Source: an uncultured Veillonella sp. (lineage in GTDB: Bacteria > Bacillota > Negativicutes > Veillonellales > Veillonellaceae). Taken from it: a stretch of DNA of 64,000 bases. Location: assembly GCA_963518085.1 (NCBI GenBank), contig CAUQIB010000008.1:36524-100523 (forward strand), given 5' to 3'. The notes under the pieces were generated by a model. That model did no database searches and was not told where the DNA came from. It saw only the letters and a list, made by a program, of their open reading frames with translations. The stretch's first letter is position 1, and every line of letters begins with the position of its first letter. Shown here in pieces: positions 1 to 10,207 of this stretch. The position numbers and the translations under genes are program-made.

Positions 1-2
1 AT

Positions 3-611
3 ATTATGGCGGGCATTATCCCTAACATCGAGTTAGTGAATTCCACCGCTCCTTTCGGTTTAGTATTTGCTTACATGTTTAATGGTACAGTGGGCAAATT
101 CGTAATGGCTCTTATGGCAGTATCCTGCTTTGGGGCGATTATGGGATGGCAATTTACCTTAAGCCGTGTTTTTAAAAGTTGTGCAGAAGCGGGCTTCTTT
201 CCTAAAGTGTTCGCCCGTGTAAATCGTATGGATTCTCCGGTGCGAGGTATTTTCATTCTCTTAGCATTGCAAGGAATCTTAGCGTTGATGACCACCGATG
301 AAAGCTTGAATGAACAGTTTGCTCAGCTTGTTAACCTAGCGGTTGTGACAAATGTATTCCCTTATATTCTCTGTTGTTTATCGGTGAATAAGATGCTATC
401 TATTGAGGGAGCTACTATCGGATTGCGCCGCCTTATCTATGTGATGAGTGCTATCGCGATTACCTACGATAGCTACGCTATCTACGCTTGTGGAGAAGGA
501 CCGGTCCAAGGTGGATTGGCGGTGATCATCTTTGGTTATGCAGCGTACCAAGCCGCATTCCATTGGAGACCACGTTTAGTAAAAGCCATTGGAAAAGGAT
601 CTGCCTGTTAG
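3..611 (+). CDS. APC-family basic amino acid/polyamine antiporter, PotE/CadB-like (5' end outside window)
   Basis: Hydrophobic ORF that aligns by eye with the C-terminal half of the PotE at 22288-23604 (ELVNSTAPFGLVFA...GWQFT...ESLNEQF.QLVNLAVVTN). The frame is open to the window edge. Confidence 0.8.
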   Translation: MMAGIIPNIELVNSTAPFGLVFAYMFNGTVGKFVMALMAVSCFGAIMGWQFTLSRVFKSCAEAGFFPKVFARVNRMDSPVRGIFILLALQGILALMTTDESLNEQFAQLVNLAVVTNVFPYILCCLSVNKMLSIEGATIGLRRLIYVMSAIAITYDSYAIYACGEGPVQGGLAVIIFGYAAYQAAFHWRPRLVKAIGKGSAC

Positions 612-634
612 AAATTTAATACAAATAGTTATAT

Positions 635-673
635 AAATAGTACCAAGAGTGGACTCTCCTGGTGCTATTTTTT
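635..673 (+). terminator. Intrinsic terminator
   Basis: AAATAGTACCA...TGGTGCTATTT stem followed by a T run, just after the stop at 611. Confidence 0.65.
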
Positions 674-921
674 GTTAAATCAAGATGATAATTATTTTAC
701 ATATAACCGTTTTAGATGTGTCTATGAGGGTGTAATTTATCTGCATTAACGAATTGGAGAATCCTTTGTATTAAGGGTTTTATTGTCATCTACGAAATGA
801 ATATTTTAAAACTTGATTTTAAATATCTAGTTATGCTATATTTGAAAAGCAATATACATAATAAAAAGTATATGCTAGGTTTGTTGTGATCATGCATTAT
901 GCATTTCACATAATACTAATT

Positions 922-960
922 ATAGGTAAAGGACTGACACTCGTGTCAGTCCTTTCCTAT
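922..960. terminator. Probably bidirectional terminator downstream of mscL
   Basis: ATAGGTAAAGGACTGACAC-TC-GTGTCAGTCCTTTCCTAT inverted repeat. Confidence 0.7.
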
Positions 961-1013
961 TAATATTATATAAAGTTAAAATTCAAAAGGGTAGATGCTA
1001 GGAATTGTTATAG

Positions 1014-1460
1014 CTAGCATTCTTTGATCGCCAATTCAGCTGTACAATGTGGACAGCGTGTGGCATCGTCAGCAATCGCTTCACGGCAATAGTCACATTT
1101 ACGGACTACCACTGGTGCTTCAGTAGGTGTAAATCGTTTAATTTGGCTGATGATAATGAAAATACAGAACGCAATAATAAGAAATTCAAATACTGTGTTC
1201 AAGAAAAGGCCATAGGCTAATACAGGAATACCCGCTGCTTTTGCTTCTGCTAAGGTAGGGGGAGCACCACTAGTTGTTAAAGGGATAAATAAATTGGAAA
1301 AGTCTACACCGCCTAATAATAAGCCGATAGGGGGCATCACGACATCGTTTACCAAGGAAGTAACAATTTTACCAAAAGCGGCACCGATGATAACACCGAC
1401 GGCTAAATCTACTACATTACCGCGCATGGCAAAGTCTTTAAAGTCTTTCAAAAAGCTCAT
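1014..1460 (-). CDS. mscL: Large-conductance mechanosensitive channel with C-terminal CxxC-x12-CxxC extension
   Basis: [33 protein letters not shown] signature. SD GGAG precedes the ATG at 1460. Confidence 0.95.
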   Translation of the reverse strand: MSFLKDFKDFAMRGNVVDLAVGVIIGAAFGKIVTSLVNDVVMPPIGLLLGGVDFSNLFIPLTTSGAPPTLAEAKAAGIPVLAYGLFLNTVFEFLIIAFCIFIIISQIKRFTPTEAPVVVRKCDYCREAIADDATRCPHCTAELAIKEC

Positions 1461-1575
1461 GCTAATCTCCATTTCAAAACGCATAAAATATAAAATAAAT
1501 CATATTATAACGCAAATACATCGAAAAAGATAGATATAAATTGTATATTTGGATAAATGACGTTTCTAGATTGTA

Positions 1576-1625
1576 AAAAAGCTGTCATGCCGTTAGACAT
1601 ATACGTCTAAGGATGACAGCTTTTA
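1576..1625 (-). terminator. Intrinsic terminator after the DeoR regulator
   Basis: AAAAAGCTGTCAT...ATGACAGCTTTTT long inverted repeat. Confidence 0.65.
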
Positions 1626-1628
1626 TAA

Positions 1629-2384
1629 TTAACGATGATGATCAACTTCTTGAATATTTGCATAGTTCCGATATAATTCATTAGGTAATTTTGTAGTAAT
1701 AATAGATGCTTTATCAATGCTAGCAAAGGTTACAGATGAAATACGATCAAACTTAGATGGATCTGCTAGAACGAAAGCGTTGTGACATTTTTGCAATGCT
1801 TTTTCTTTTACAGAGGCATCAAGAGGATCTTCTGTAGTAAAGCCAGATTTAAAACTAATTCCATGGGTACTAAAGAACCCTTGGGTAAAGTTATACGATT
1901 CCAATTGATTGAGGGCTACGCTACCGACGACGGATGATGAAATGGGATTTACGGTGCCACCTAATAAGATGACTTTCATATGGCGCGATGCTAAATGGGT
2001 AGCATGATGAATGCCGTTAGTCACAAAGGTGGCATTGGTATGCTGTAAGTAATGTAATACCATTTCAGTGGTACTGCCTGCATCAATGAAGATAAAACCA
2101 GATGGACTGATTAACTCAGAGGCCGCTAAGGCAATAGATTCTTTTGCGTCGCGATACATGACGGATTTAGGAAGCATATCTATATCCGTTGTAGTATGGT
2201 CGATAGTGAGGCTGGCTGCACCGCCGTGAACCTTTTGTAATAACCCTTTGTTGTGGAGATAGGCTAAATCTCTGCGTATTGTAGGCGCTGAAGAAGACAA
2301 AGCTGTTACCAGTTCATGTACAGTAACTACACGATTTTGTTTCAAGCGTCGTAAAATAGCAGAATAACGTTCTTCAGGAAGCAT
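1629..2384 (-). CDS. DeoR/GlpR-family transcriptional regulator (FruR-like)
   Basis: N-terminal HTH S..TIRRDL..L...G...KVHGGA; sensor domain IFIDAGSTT, VTN, LLGG, LADPSKF. Confidence 0.9.
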   Translation of the reverse strand: MLPEERYSAILRRLKQNRVVTVHELVTALSSSAPTIRRDLAYLHNKGLLQKVHGGAASLTIDHTTTDIDMLPKSVMYRDAKESIALAASELISPSGFIFIDAGSTTEMVLHYLQHTNATFVTNGIHHATHLASRHMKVILLGGTVNPISSSVVGSVALNQLESYNFTQGFFSTHGISFKSGFTTEDPLDASVKEKALQKCHNAFVLADPSKFDRISSVTFASIDKASIITTKLPNELYRNYANIQEVDHHR

Positions 2385-2600
2385 AGTACAATCACCTCCA
2401 ATATATGATTAACCTAATACTGCTTAGGAAAACGTACCTATTATTTTTCCTATATTCATGGTAATATAAATGACAAATAAATTATAGTAGTCTAAGGTGG
2501 TTTTCATCAAAATGTATAAAAGTAAAGACTATATTTTGCGATAAATTAAATATCCGCTCTGTGCGGATAGAGATTAGATAATACAGATGAGGAGATACGT

Positions 2601-3440
2601 ATGAAAATAACAAAAATGCATGGTTTAGGAAATGATTTTATCGTTTTCTTCGATGATGGTACAAGCCAATTTGATGTGATAGGTATGGCACAACGTCTTT
2701 GTGATCGCCATACAGGTATCGGCGCAGATGGTCTTGTTATTGTTATGCCTTCTAAGGTAGCGGATGTGCGTATGCGCATTATTAATTCTGATGGTAGTGA
2801 GGCGGAAATGTGTGGCAATGGCATTCGTTGCTTTGCGAAGTATGCGTACGACCGCAAGATTATTGACAAAGAAGAGTTTACTGTAGAAACTTTGGCTGGT
2901 ATTATGACACCTACTATTATTGCAGAGGATGGGGTGGCTAAACTGGTGAAAGTCAACATGGGCAAACCGACTTTCCCAGCAAAGGATATTCCTATGGAGA
3001 TAGAATCGGACAAAGTAATTGACTATACCATTGATGTAGATGGTACATCCTATGTGGTGAGTTCTGTGTTGTTAGGGGTGCCGCATACAGAAGTGTTCGT
3101 AGAAGATGTACCTGCAGTTCCGTTGACAGTATTAGGACCAAAGATTGAAAAACATCCACTTTTCCCAAGAGGGACGAATGTGAACTTTGTGCAAGTGGTA
3201 AACGAGAATACTGTGAAAGTTCGCACTTGGGAACGTGGTGCTGGAGCTACATTGGCATGTGGTACTGGCTCTTGCGCTAGTGCTGTTATGGCTCATGAAA
3301 AAGAGTTAACTGGTCGCTCTGTAGATGTGGAATTATACCTTGGTACGTTACATATCGACTATGATGAGGACGGAACAGTGTATATGACAGGACCTGCTAC
3401 AGAGGTATTTACGTTAGACTTAGAGAATGTAACATGTTAG
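2601..3440 (+). CDS. dapF: Diaminopimelate epimerase
   Basis: KMHGLGNDF, AEMCGNGIRC, ERGAGATLACGTG motifs. Confidence 0.97.
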   Translation: MKITKMHGLGNDFIVFFDDGTSQFDVIGMAQRLCDRHTGIGADGLVIVMPSKVADVRMRIINSDGSEAEMCGNGIRCFAKYAYDRKIIDKEEFTVETLAGIMTPTIIAEDGVAKLVKVNMGKPTFPAKDIPMEIESDKVIDYTIDVDGTSYVVSSVLLGVPHTEVFVEDVPAVPLTVLGPKIEKHPLFPRGTNVNFVQVVNENTVKVRTWERGAGATLACGTGSCASAVMAHEKELTGRSVDVELYLGTLHIDYDEDGTVYMTGPATEVFTLDLENVTC

Positions 3441-3554
3441 TTAGATGCTAACAGGTAGAAACATAAGAAGTGTGAGCACTTAAATTATATAAATAATCAA
3501 GATATAATGACATCGCCATGTAGTCTTAGGAATACAATACATGTTAACGATAAA

Positions 3555-3590
3555 AGAGGAACGTTGATCAAATCGTATCAACGTTCCTCT
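3555..3590. repeat. 36-bp palindromic repeat/terminator, copy 1 (copy 2 at 56903-56938)
   Basis: AGAGGAACGTTGATCAAATCGTATCAACGTTCCTCT. Its reverse complement matches 56903-56938 at 34/36. Confidence 0.8.
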
Positions 3591-3698
3591 TTTTCTATGT
3601 ACCATCATGCACAAATAAAATAATAGTATGGCTTTACATCAGATCTGCCACCTGGTATTAGAGCTAGCTGCTCTAGTGCATTGCCAATTAACGCATGC

Positions 3699-4856
3699 CT
3701 ATGATTTAGTTTTGAGTTGGATTTTCTTTCCGAATTTCTTCACAAACGCCGTTTGTGTCGTAGCATGTAATTTGTCTACGGTTACAATTAATCCATCTAC
3801 ATTTGGTGTAGGTGTCACAGCTAGTATGGTACCATGGGGCTCCAATTGACGATACAAGTAAGCGGCATCGGTTTGTAAAGTATCGAAGTCCCCTAAGCTA
3901 TAGGTACCCGTTGTAATGATGTGATTATCTAAGAAGTTTTTATCTTTGATGTAAGCCGTTTCTGCAGTAATGGCTTTTACATCACTAGAAGAGGTAAAGG
4001 AAATGACTAACTTGCCGTCACGCCAGAACATGGCTCCACGGTTGTGGAAATCATAGTTTTCACCAAATGTTTTTTTGATTAGACCTCGTGCGGTTTCTTC
4101 CATTTGCTGTTGCTGAATGGTGTGTTGAATAGCAGTCGCTTCTTTGGAGAAGAGTAAACGATAGGTGATTTCTGCAGCTTCTGCCCGTGTTACATATTTT
4201 TCAGGATTGAACAAACCAGTTGTGCTGTAGTTGATAAACCCAAATAAAGCTAACTCACGTACCGAAGATTGCGCCCATGGAGCAATGAATTTTTGATCGC
4301 TAAAGTGAATTGTGTCTAATGCAGTAGGGTCTTCGGTTCGGTATCCTTGGTAGTGTAAAAACTTATCTGCCACAACGGCAAACTCTTGGCGAGACATATA
4401 CTGTTCTGGACGATAGGTAGAATCGCCATAGCCACTGATGATATTAGCCCTTGCGACGCTTTCAATGGCTAAGGAAGACCAACGATCAGAGGTGATGTCT
4501 GAGAAAGAGCTGGCTAACATGATGGAAGGCGTATCGCCGAGCATCTTGCTGAATAAGGAGGCAGCCTCTTCACGAGATAAGGGATCATTCGGTTTGAATG
4601 TACCATTACGATAGCCACTCATGAGACCTTCCTTTGTCATTTTTGTAATCGACTCAAAGGCCCAAAAATTAGCTGGTACATCGGTAAAACGATATTTTTG
4701 GATTCGATCAAAGGTAGGGGTACTATTGGGCTGAGAGTAGGTAAATGTATTAGGTGCCACAGGAAGCGTATTGGTGGAGAGTGAGGTTGCAGTTTGTGCT
4801 TGGGCTAGTATGATAGGAAATGTAGTTAAAAAAAGTGCTGTCATTATACGTTTCAT
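3699..4856 (-). CDS. Exported protein with three S-layer homology (SLH) domains
   Basis: Signal peptide; FTDVPANFWA...GYRNGTFKPNDPLSREEAA, FSDI...GYGDSTYRPEQYMSRQE, FSDQ...FNPEKYVTRAEAA. Confidence 0.9.
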   Translation of the reverse strand: MKRIMTALFLTTFPIILAQAQTATSLSTNTLPVAPNTFTYSQPNSTPTFDRIQKYRFTDVPANFWAFESITKMTKEGLMSGYRNGTFKPNDPLSREEAASLFSKMLGDTPSIMLASSFSDITSDRWSSLAIESVARANIISGYGDSTYRPEQYMSRQEFAVVADKFLHYQGYRTEDPTALDTIHFSDQKFIAPWAQSSVRELALFGFINYSTTGLFNPEKYVTRAEAAEITYRLLFSKEATAIQHTIQQQQMEETARGLIKKTFGENYDFHNRGAMFWRDGKLVISFTSSSDVKAITAETAYIKDKNFLDNHIITTGTYSLGDFDTLQTDAAYLYRQLEPHGTILAVTPTPNVDGLIVTVDKLHATTQTAFVKKFGKKIQLKTKS

Positions 4857-5234
4857 AAAAGACCTCCAGATCTAGAGAATCGAATTGTGTTCTACTATGT
4901 TTATCATACCATATTTGAAAGATTCGCTCCATGCGAAAGGAGTGATATTTGTCAATGAATTTGCCAAAGAAAAAGTTAAGTTATAGAGTGATAGTTATTA
5001 GTTCCATGAGTTTTAGTTATAGTACTAATTTTAGATGGGAATTAGAGGCAGAAAAGACAAGTGTGTTTTAATAGAAGATTTGATATGTATTAAAATACAT
5101 AAAAATTATATAAGCCTTGATGCCATAAGGCTTGATGAGACTAGGGAAAATGTGTGATTTTTGGTACAAATTGGCTGATTGATAATGACTAGCAAAATGG
5201 TATAAAATGGGTTCTTGCTAATATTGCAAGTCTT

Positions 5235-5263
5235 TTGTAATTACAGAAAATTTACTATATAAT
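5235..5263 (+). promoter_or_regulatory. Sigma70 promoter of lutABC with a palindrome overlapping -35
   Basis: TTGTAA-17 bp-TATAAT; TGTAATTACA palindrome at 5236-5245. Confidence 0.55.
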
Positions 5264-5381
5264 AAAGTCATCAGAAAACTATTTAGAATCTACCGTTCTA
5301 ATAGTACATAGATGGAAAACGATTGTTGCATTTTGCCAATCAAGTGATAGTAGTTTACTTTAAAGTTGAGGATGTGAAGCA

Positions 5382-6119
5382 ATGAAAATTCATTTATTTC
5401 AACAATGTTTGATTGATATGTTCTACCCTCATGTAGGCATGGCAGGTGTAAAGGTTCTTGAAAACCTTGGCTGCGAATTAACAGTTCCTAAAAAGCAAGT
5501 GTGCTGTGGTCAGATGTTTGTTAACTCTGGTTACAACGAAGCTGCAAAAGGAGCTATCAAAAATACGATTGAACAATTCGAAAATGCTGATTATGTAGTG
5601 AGCATGTCTGGCTCTTGTGCATTCGCGATTCGCGATGAATATCATCATATTTTAAAAGATGAACCAGAATGGTTAGCACGTGCTGAAAAATTGAGCTCTA
5701 AAATTTATGAGTTCACACAATTCATCGTTGACGTATTAGGGGTAACTGATGTAGGAGCTCGCTTTAATGATAAAGTGACATACCATAAATCTTGCCACGT
5801 AACACGTTTGATGGGAATTAAAGAACAACCAATGAAATTATTAGCTGGCATTCAAGGCTTAGAATACTTACCATTGCATCGTGCTGAGCGTTGCTGTGGA
5901 TTTGGTGGTACTTTCACAGTGAAAAATCCTGAAATTTCCGCTGTTATGACAAAAGAAAAAGCATTGAACATTGCTGATTCTGGCGCTAACATTGTAGCAG
6001 GTTCTGACATGGCTTGCTTAATGAATATTGAAGGTATGTTAGATCGACTTTACAAAGAAGGAGAAATTGATCGCCATATCCGTGTGATGCATATTGCGGA
6101 ATTGTTGAATAGTCGATAG
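5382..6119 (+). CDS. lutA: Lactate utilization protein A (CCG-domain Fe-S oxidoreductase)
   Basis: QVCCGQ, SGSC, YHKSCH, RCCGFGGTF, DMACLMNI motifs; first gene of a LUD operon. Confidence 0.92.
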   Translation: MKIHLFQQCLIDMFYPHVGMAGVKVLENLGCELTVPKKQVCCGQMFVNSGYNEAAKGAIKNTIEQFENADYVVSMSGSCAFAIRDEYHHILKDEPEWLARAEKLSSKIYEFTQFIVDVLGVTDVGARFNDKVTYHKSCHVTRLMGIKEQPMKLLAGIQGLEYLPLHRAERCCGFGGTFTVKNPEISAVMTKEKALNIADSGANIVAGSDMACLMNIEGMLDRLYKEGEIDRHIRVMHIAELLNSR

Positions 6120-6130
6120 GAGGAGTCACC

Positions 6131-7576
6131 ATGAGTAATATTATGTACGATAAACGCCCGTTTAAGACACGCGTTAATGATGTGCTTGCTAATGACTTCA
6201 AAGTAAAAGCCATTCACACAGCACAGGATGTATTCTATGAAAAACGTAAAGCTGTAGTAGATCAAGTAGCAGAATGGGAAGACTTCCGTAATGAATCTGC
6301 TGATTTGCGTGACCATGTATTGGCTAATTTGGATTATTATTTAAATAAATTTGCTGAAAATGCTGAAAAAGCTGGTGCTCATGTGCACTTTGCAGCTGAT
6401 GATAAAGAAGCAACAGCAATTTGCATGGAAGTACTTCGTGCAAAAGAAGCAAAAATGGTTGTTAAATCCAAAACCATGGTATCTGAAGAAATTGGATTAA
6501 ATCACGAATTAATTAAAGAGGGTATCGAAGTAAACGAAACGGACTTGGCAGAATTTATTTTGCAAACAGCTGACTTTGATCCTCCATCCCATATCGTAGT
6601 ACCTGCATTGCATTTTGAACGTAACCGTATTCGTGATACATTTGCGAAAAAATTAGGGTATGAAGGTACTGAAAATCCAGAAGAAATGACTCGTTTCGTA
6701 CGTCGCTATATTCGCGATCGTTTCTTGTGTGCTGATGTAGGTTTCACTGGTTGTAACTTTGGGGTAGCTGAAACTGGTACTATCACTATCGTATCTAACG
6801 AAGGTAATGGTCGTATGGCGAGCTCTATGCCTAAAACGCAAATTGCATTGATGGGTATGGAACGTTTGGTACCTGACTTTGCATCCTTGGATGTGATGAT
6901 GGAAATGTTGATTCGTTCCTCTGTAGGCGCTAAAATTTCCAACTACTTCTCCATGATCACAGGTCCTGCTCGTGAGGGAGAAGCAGATGGCCCAGAAGAA
7001 TTACACATCATCATCATTGATAACCGCCGTTCTGGTATTTTAGGTGGCGATTTTGAAGAAATGTTACGTTGTATCCGTTGTGGTGCATGTATGAACATTT
7101 GCCCTGTATATCGTCATATTACAGGTCATGGTTATGGCTCTATCTATCCAGGTCCAATGGGTGCTGTATTAACTCCACTATTGGTTGGGTATGAAGAAGC
7201 TGGCGATCTTCCTTACGCGTCCACATTGTGCGGCGAATGTTGGGAACACTGCCCAGTTAAGATTCCGTTGCATGAATTATTATTGAAACATCGTCAAGTC
7301 ATTGCTGATAAATTACAAATGCGTCCAGCTATCGAACGAAGTATCTTCCACACAGTGGCAGGTGTATTTGCGAACTCCTTCTTATTCGATATGGGTACTA
7401 AAATGGGTGCTATCGGCATGAAATTAATGAGTAAAAATGGCCATATGGCAGACTGGACAAAAGTATTACCAGTAGTTGGTGGCTGGGTGAAAGCAAAAGA
7501 TATGGGCTTGCTCAAAATGAGTAAATTCCGTGATGAATATGCAAAACACGTAGCACAAAAGGGAAAGGAGAAATAA
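6131..7576 (+). CDS. lutB: Lactate utilization protein B (LUD + 4Fe-4S)
   Basis: VKSKTMVSEEI, ETDLAE, PSHIVVPA, NEGNGR, CIRCGACMNICPVY motifs. Confidence 0.95.
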   Translation: MSNIMYDKRPFKTRVNDVLANDFKVKAIHTAQDVFYEKRKAVVDQVAEWEDFRNESADLRDHVLANLDYYLNKFAENAEKAGAHVHFAADDKEATAICMEVLRAKEAKMVVKSKTMVSEEIGLNHELIKEGIEVNETDLAEFILQTADFDPPSHIVVPALHFERNRIRDTFAKKLGYEGTENPEEMTRFVRRYIRDRFLCADVGFTGCNFGVAETGTITIVSNEGNGRMASSMPKTQIALMGMERLVPDFASLDVMMEMLIRSSVGAKISNYFSMITGPAREGEADGPEELHIIIIDNRRSGILGGDFEEMLRCIRCGACMNICPVYRHITGHGYGSIYPGPMGAVLTPLLVGYEEAGDLPYASTLCGECWEHCPVKIPLHELLLKHRQVIADKLQMRPAIERSIFHTVAGVFANSFLFDMGTKMGAIGMKLMSKNGHMADWTKVLPVVGGWVKAKDMGLLKMSKFRDEYAKHVAQKGKEK

Positions 7577-7577
7577 A

Positions 7578-8288
7578 ATGGATCAAGCAAAAAAACAAGC
7601 CTTTTTAGGTCGACTATCTCGTGCGTTAGGCCGTGACTCAATTCCTACATCTGTAACACCTTTTGATTTTTCAAAAGGACCTCAAAAGACTATGTATTCT
7701 GACCTTAGCCATGAGCAAGTAATAGAGATGTTTAAAACAGAAGCGGAACGTTTAGGTACTAAACTTATCGAAGTAGAAGCTTCTCAAGTAGGTCAAACAT
7801 TGGTTGATGAAATCGTTGCTCGTGGTGGCGGTAGCGTTGTGTACCCTAAATCTGAAGAAGTAGAAACATACGGATTAGAAGAAGCTTTCAAACAATTAAG
7901 CGAAGACCAAGCTACATTCTATCAATGGGACGCTACAAAAGGTCGTGAAGCAAATATCAATGTAGCCAAAGATTCTAACATTGGTATTACGTTCCCAATC
8001 TTGGGCATTGCGGAAACAGCAACAGTTATCCAACCAAGTACAGAAGAATCTGGTCGTTCCTTGGGTTTATTGCCTTTAACGCATATTTCTGTATTGCGTG
8101 AAGATACAATTCATCCACGTATGACACAAACTATGGCAGAATTAGCAAAGATCTATCGCAATGATCCAGCTAAGTTCCCTACTAATGTGGTTCATATCTC
8201 TGGTCCATCTAACACAGCGGATATCGAGTTAGTTCGTGTAGTAGGTGTTCATGGTCCAATCAATGTAACATTCATCTTAGTTAAATAA
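7578..8288 (+). CDS. lutC: Lactate utilization protein C (LUD domain)
   Basis: IAETAT...GRSLGLLP...ISGPSNTADIELVRVVGVHGP. Confidence 0.92.
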   Translation: MDQAKKQAFLGRLSRALGRDSIPTSVTPFDFSKGPQKTMYSDLSHEQVIEMFKTEAERLGTKLIEVEASQVGQTLVDEIVARGGGSVVYPKSEEVETYGLEEAFKQLSEDQATFYQWDATKGREANINVAKDSNIGITFPILGIAETATVIQPSTEESGRSLGLLPLTHISVLREDTIHPRMTQTMAELAKIYRNDPAKFPTNVVHISGPSNTADIELVRVVGVHGPINVTFILVK

Positions 8289-8446
8289 GAATGATAACTT
8301 GATACAATGAATATGATATAGGGTAGTTGATAGGTATATCAGCTATCCTATATTTTTGCTTTTATAGGTTTTTGTTAAGTCTTACTGGTAGCAAGCAAGG
8401 TTCTATACTAAATGGAGGGCTATCCGGATAGGAATAGATATGATAT

Positions 8447-8474
8447 TTGACAAAGACCTTTTTTTTCGTATACT
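8447..8474 (+). promoter_or_regulatory. Sigma70 promoter of mscS with T8 tract in the spacer
   Basis: TTGACA-16 bp-TATACT. Confidence 0.6.
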
Positions 8475-8592
8475 AAAAGATGATATAATAATAAATTTAT
8501 TTCTATCGTTGTGATAGAATCTAATCGTATGGAAGTTAACGTCATGTACTATAAGTTAGTTAGAGCAATATACTTACAGGAAAGGAGTAAGG

Positions 8593-9471
8593 ATGTTATT
8601 AGCAGAAGAAAAAGTTGCCACAGCCACAGCGGCAGGCGCTGAAAAGGTAGCAGAGCATGTGGAGGAGAGCATTTCCTTTATGGGACATATGCAATCTTTA
8701 GTGATTGAATATTTACCAAGCATCATCTTGGCCATTGTTGTGTTGATTGTAGGTCGCTATTTGGCTCTATTGATAAGACGTGTGTCAGTACAATTGATGA
8801 GTCGCACCGGTTATGATCAAACGGTGCGCAGCTTTGCGTCTCAAATCATTTACTATACAATTATGTCTGTAGTTGTCTTGTCAGCGTTGTCCTTAGTGGG
8901 ATTCCCAACGAATAACTTTTTAGCCGCTTTTGGTGCCTTTGGTATCGCTATTGGTTTAGCCTTACAAAATAATATGGCCAACTTGGCATCAGGTTTGATT
9001 ATCTTGGCTTTCAAACCATTTAAAGCGGGGGATTGGATTTCCGTAAATGGTGTAGAAGGTTCTGTGAAAGCCATCCATTTAATTAACACAGCTATTGCAA
9101 CGAAAGAAAATCGTATCGTCTTTATCCCAAACTCAGCTATAACGTCCAATAACTTGATGAATAGTAACTATGAGCCAACACGATATATTACGTTTGTGTT
9201 TGGAATTAACTATAATACGGATCACCACCGTGCCATTGAAATCATTAAAGAGATTCTTGTAAGCACAGGCAAAGTTCATAATATGGATAGCTTAGAAATT
9301 GGTATTAAAGAATTTGGTGATAGTTCTGTAAATATTGTGGCATATCCTTTAATTAACGCGAGTGATTATAGAGAAGTTTATTATGGTGTTATGTCCGATG
9401 TGAAAGATCGTTTTGATGCAGAGGGTATCGATATTCCGTATCCACAACGTGTGGTACATATGGCCAACTAA
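8593..9471 (+). CDS. mscS: Small-conductance mechanosensitive channel
   Basis: GIAIGLALQ..ANLASG..I..FKPFKAGDWI, IPNS, FGDSSVN, GIDIPYPQR. Confidence 0.93.
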   Translation: MLLAEEKVATATAAGAEKVAEHVEESISFMGHMQSLVIEYLPSIILAIVVLIVGRYLALLIRRVSVQLMSRTGYDQTVRSFASQIIYYTIMSVVVLSALSLVGFPTNNFLAAFGAFGIAIGLALQNNMANLASGLIILAFKPFKAGDWISVNGVEGSVKAIHLINTAIATKENRIVFIPNSAITSNNLMNSNYEPTRYITFVFGINYNTDHHRAIEIIKEILVSTGKVHNMDSLEIGIKEFGDSSVNIVAYPLINASDYREVYYGVMSDVKDRFDAEGIDIPYPQRVVHMAN

Positions 9472-9639
9472 TCAGTTAAGAGGATCCTATTTCGTACCTA
9501 TAAAATATAGGTGGGTAAGGAATATCCTGAGACCATGCTATTCCATGCCTATCATGTATGGTGTATATAGCAAATAATACTCTAGGGTGATGGCTACTTG
9601 TTTGGGTGCATTCGTATGTAATGAAAGGGAGGAACTCCT

Positions 9640-10191
9640 ATGAATGAAAATCTATATGAATCTATGAAAGCTGCTGTAACCGAATTAGCTACGGTAGCGA
9701 AATTGCAAGAAGGTAAATTGCTAGTAGTAGGGTGCTCCACCAGTGAAGTACGAGGAAGACATATTGGTAAGGACTCTTCTTTAGAGGTGGCATCGGATTT
9801 GTTTAGAGCTCTGTCGGAGGTGCAAAGTGAATATGGTTTCGCTGTAGCTATTCAATGCTGTGAACATCTCAACCGTGCCTTAGTGATGGAACAATCAGCA
9901 GCAGTAGCGCGTGGTTACGAAGAAGTGAATGCAGTACCTGTACAGCATGCAGGTGGATCCATGGCGACAACAGCCTATGCCTTGTGGACTAACCCTGTGA
10001 TGGTGGAACATGTAAAAGCCGATGCAGGTATCGATATTGGAGATACTTTCATTGGTATGCATTTGAAACATGTGGTGGTACCTGTGCGTTTAGAGGTGAA
10101 AGAAATTGGTGAAGCTCATGTGACCGCGGCTCGTGTACGGCCTAAATTTATAGGTGGTGAACGGGCGCAGTACAATGAAACATTAAAGTAA
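9640..10191 (+). CDS. YwlG/TIGR01440 (DUF436) family protein
   Basis: VVGCSTSEV, QCCEHLNRALV, HAGGS, DIGDTFIGMH, RPKFIGGERA. Confidence 0.9.
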   Translation: MNENLYESMKAAVTELATVAKLQEGKLLVVGCSTSEVRGRHIGKDSSLEVASDLFRALSEVQSEYGFAVAIQCCEHLNRALVMEQSAAVARGYEEVNAVPVQHAGGSMATTAYALWTNPVMVEHVKADAGIDIGDTFIGMHLKHVVVPVRLEVKEIGEAHVTAARVRPKFIGGERAQYNETLK

Positions 10192-10207
10192 GAATTGTGA
10201 GGTAATT

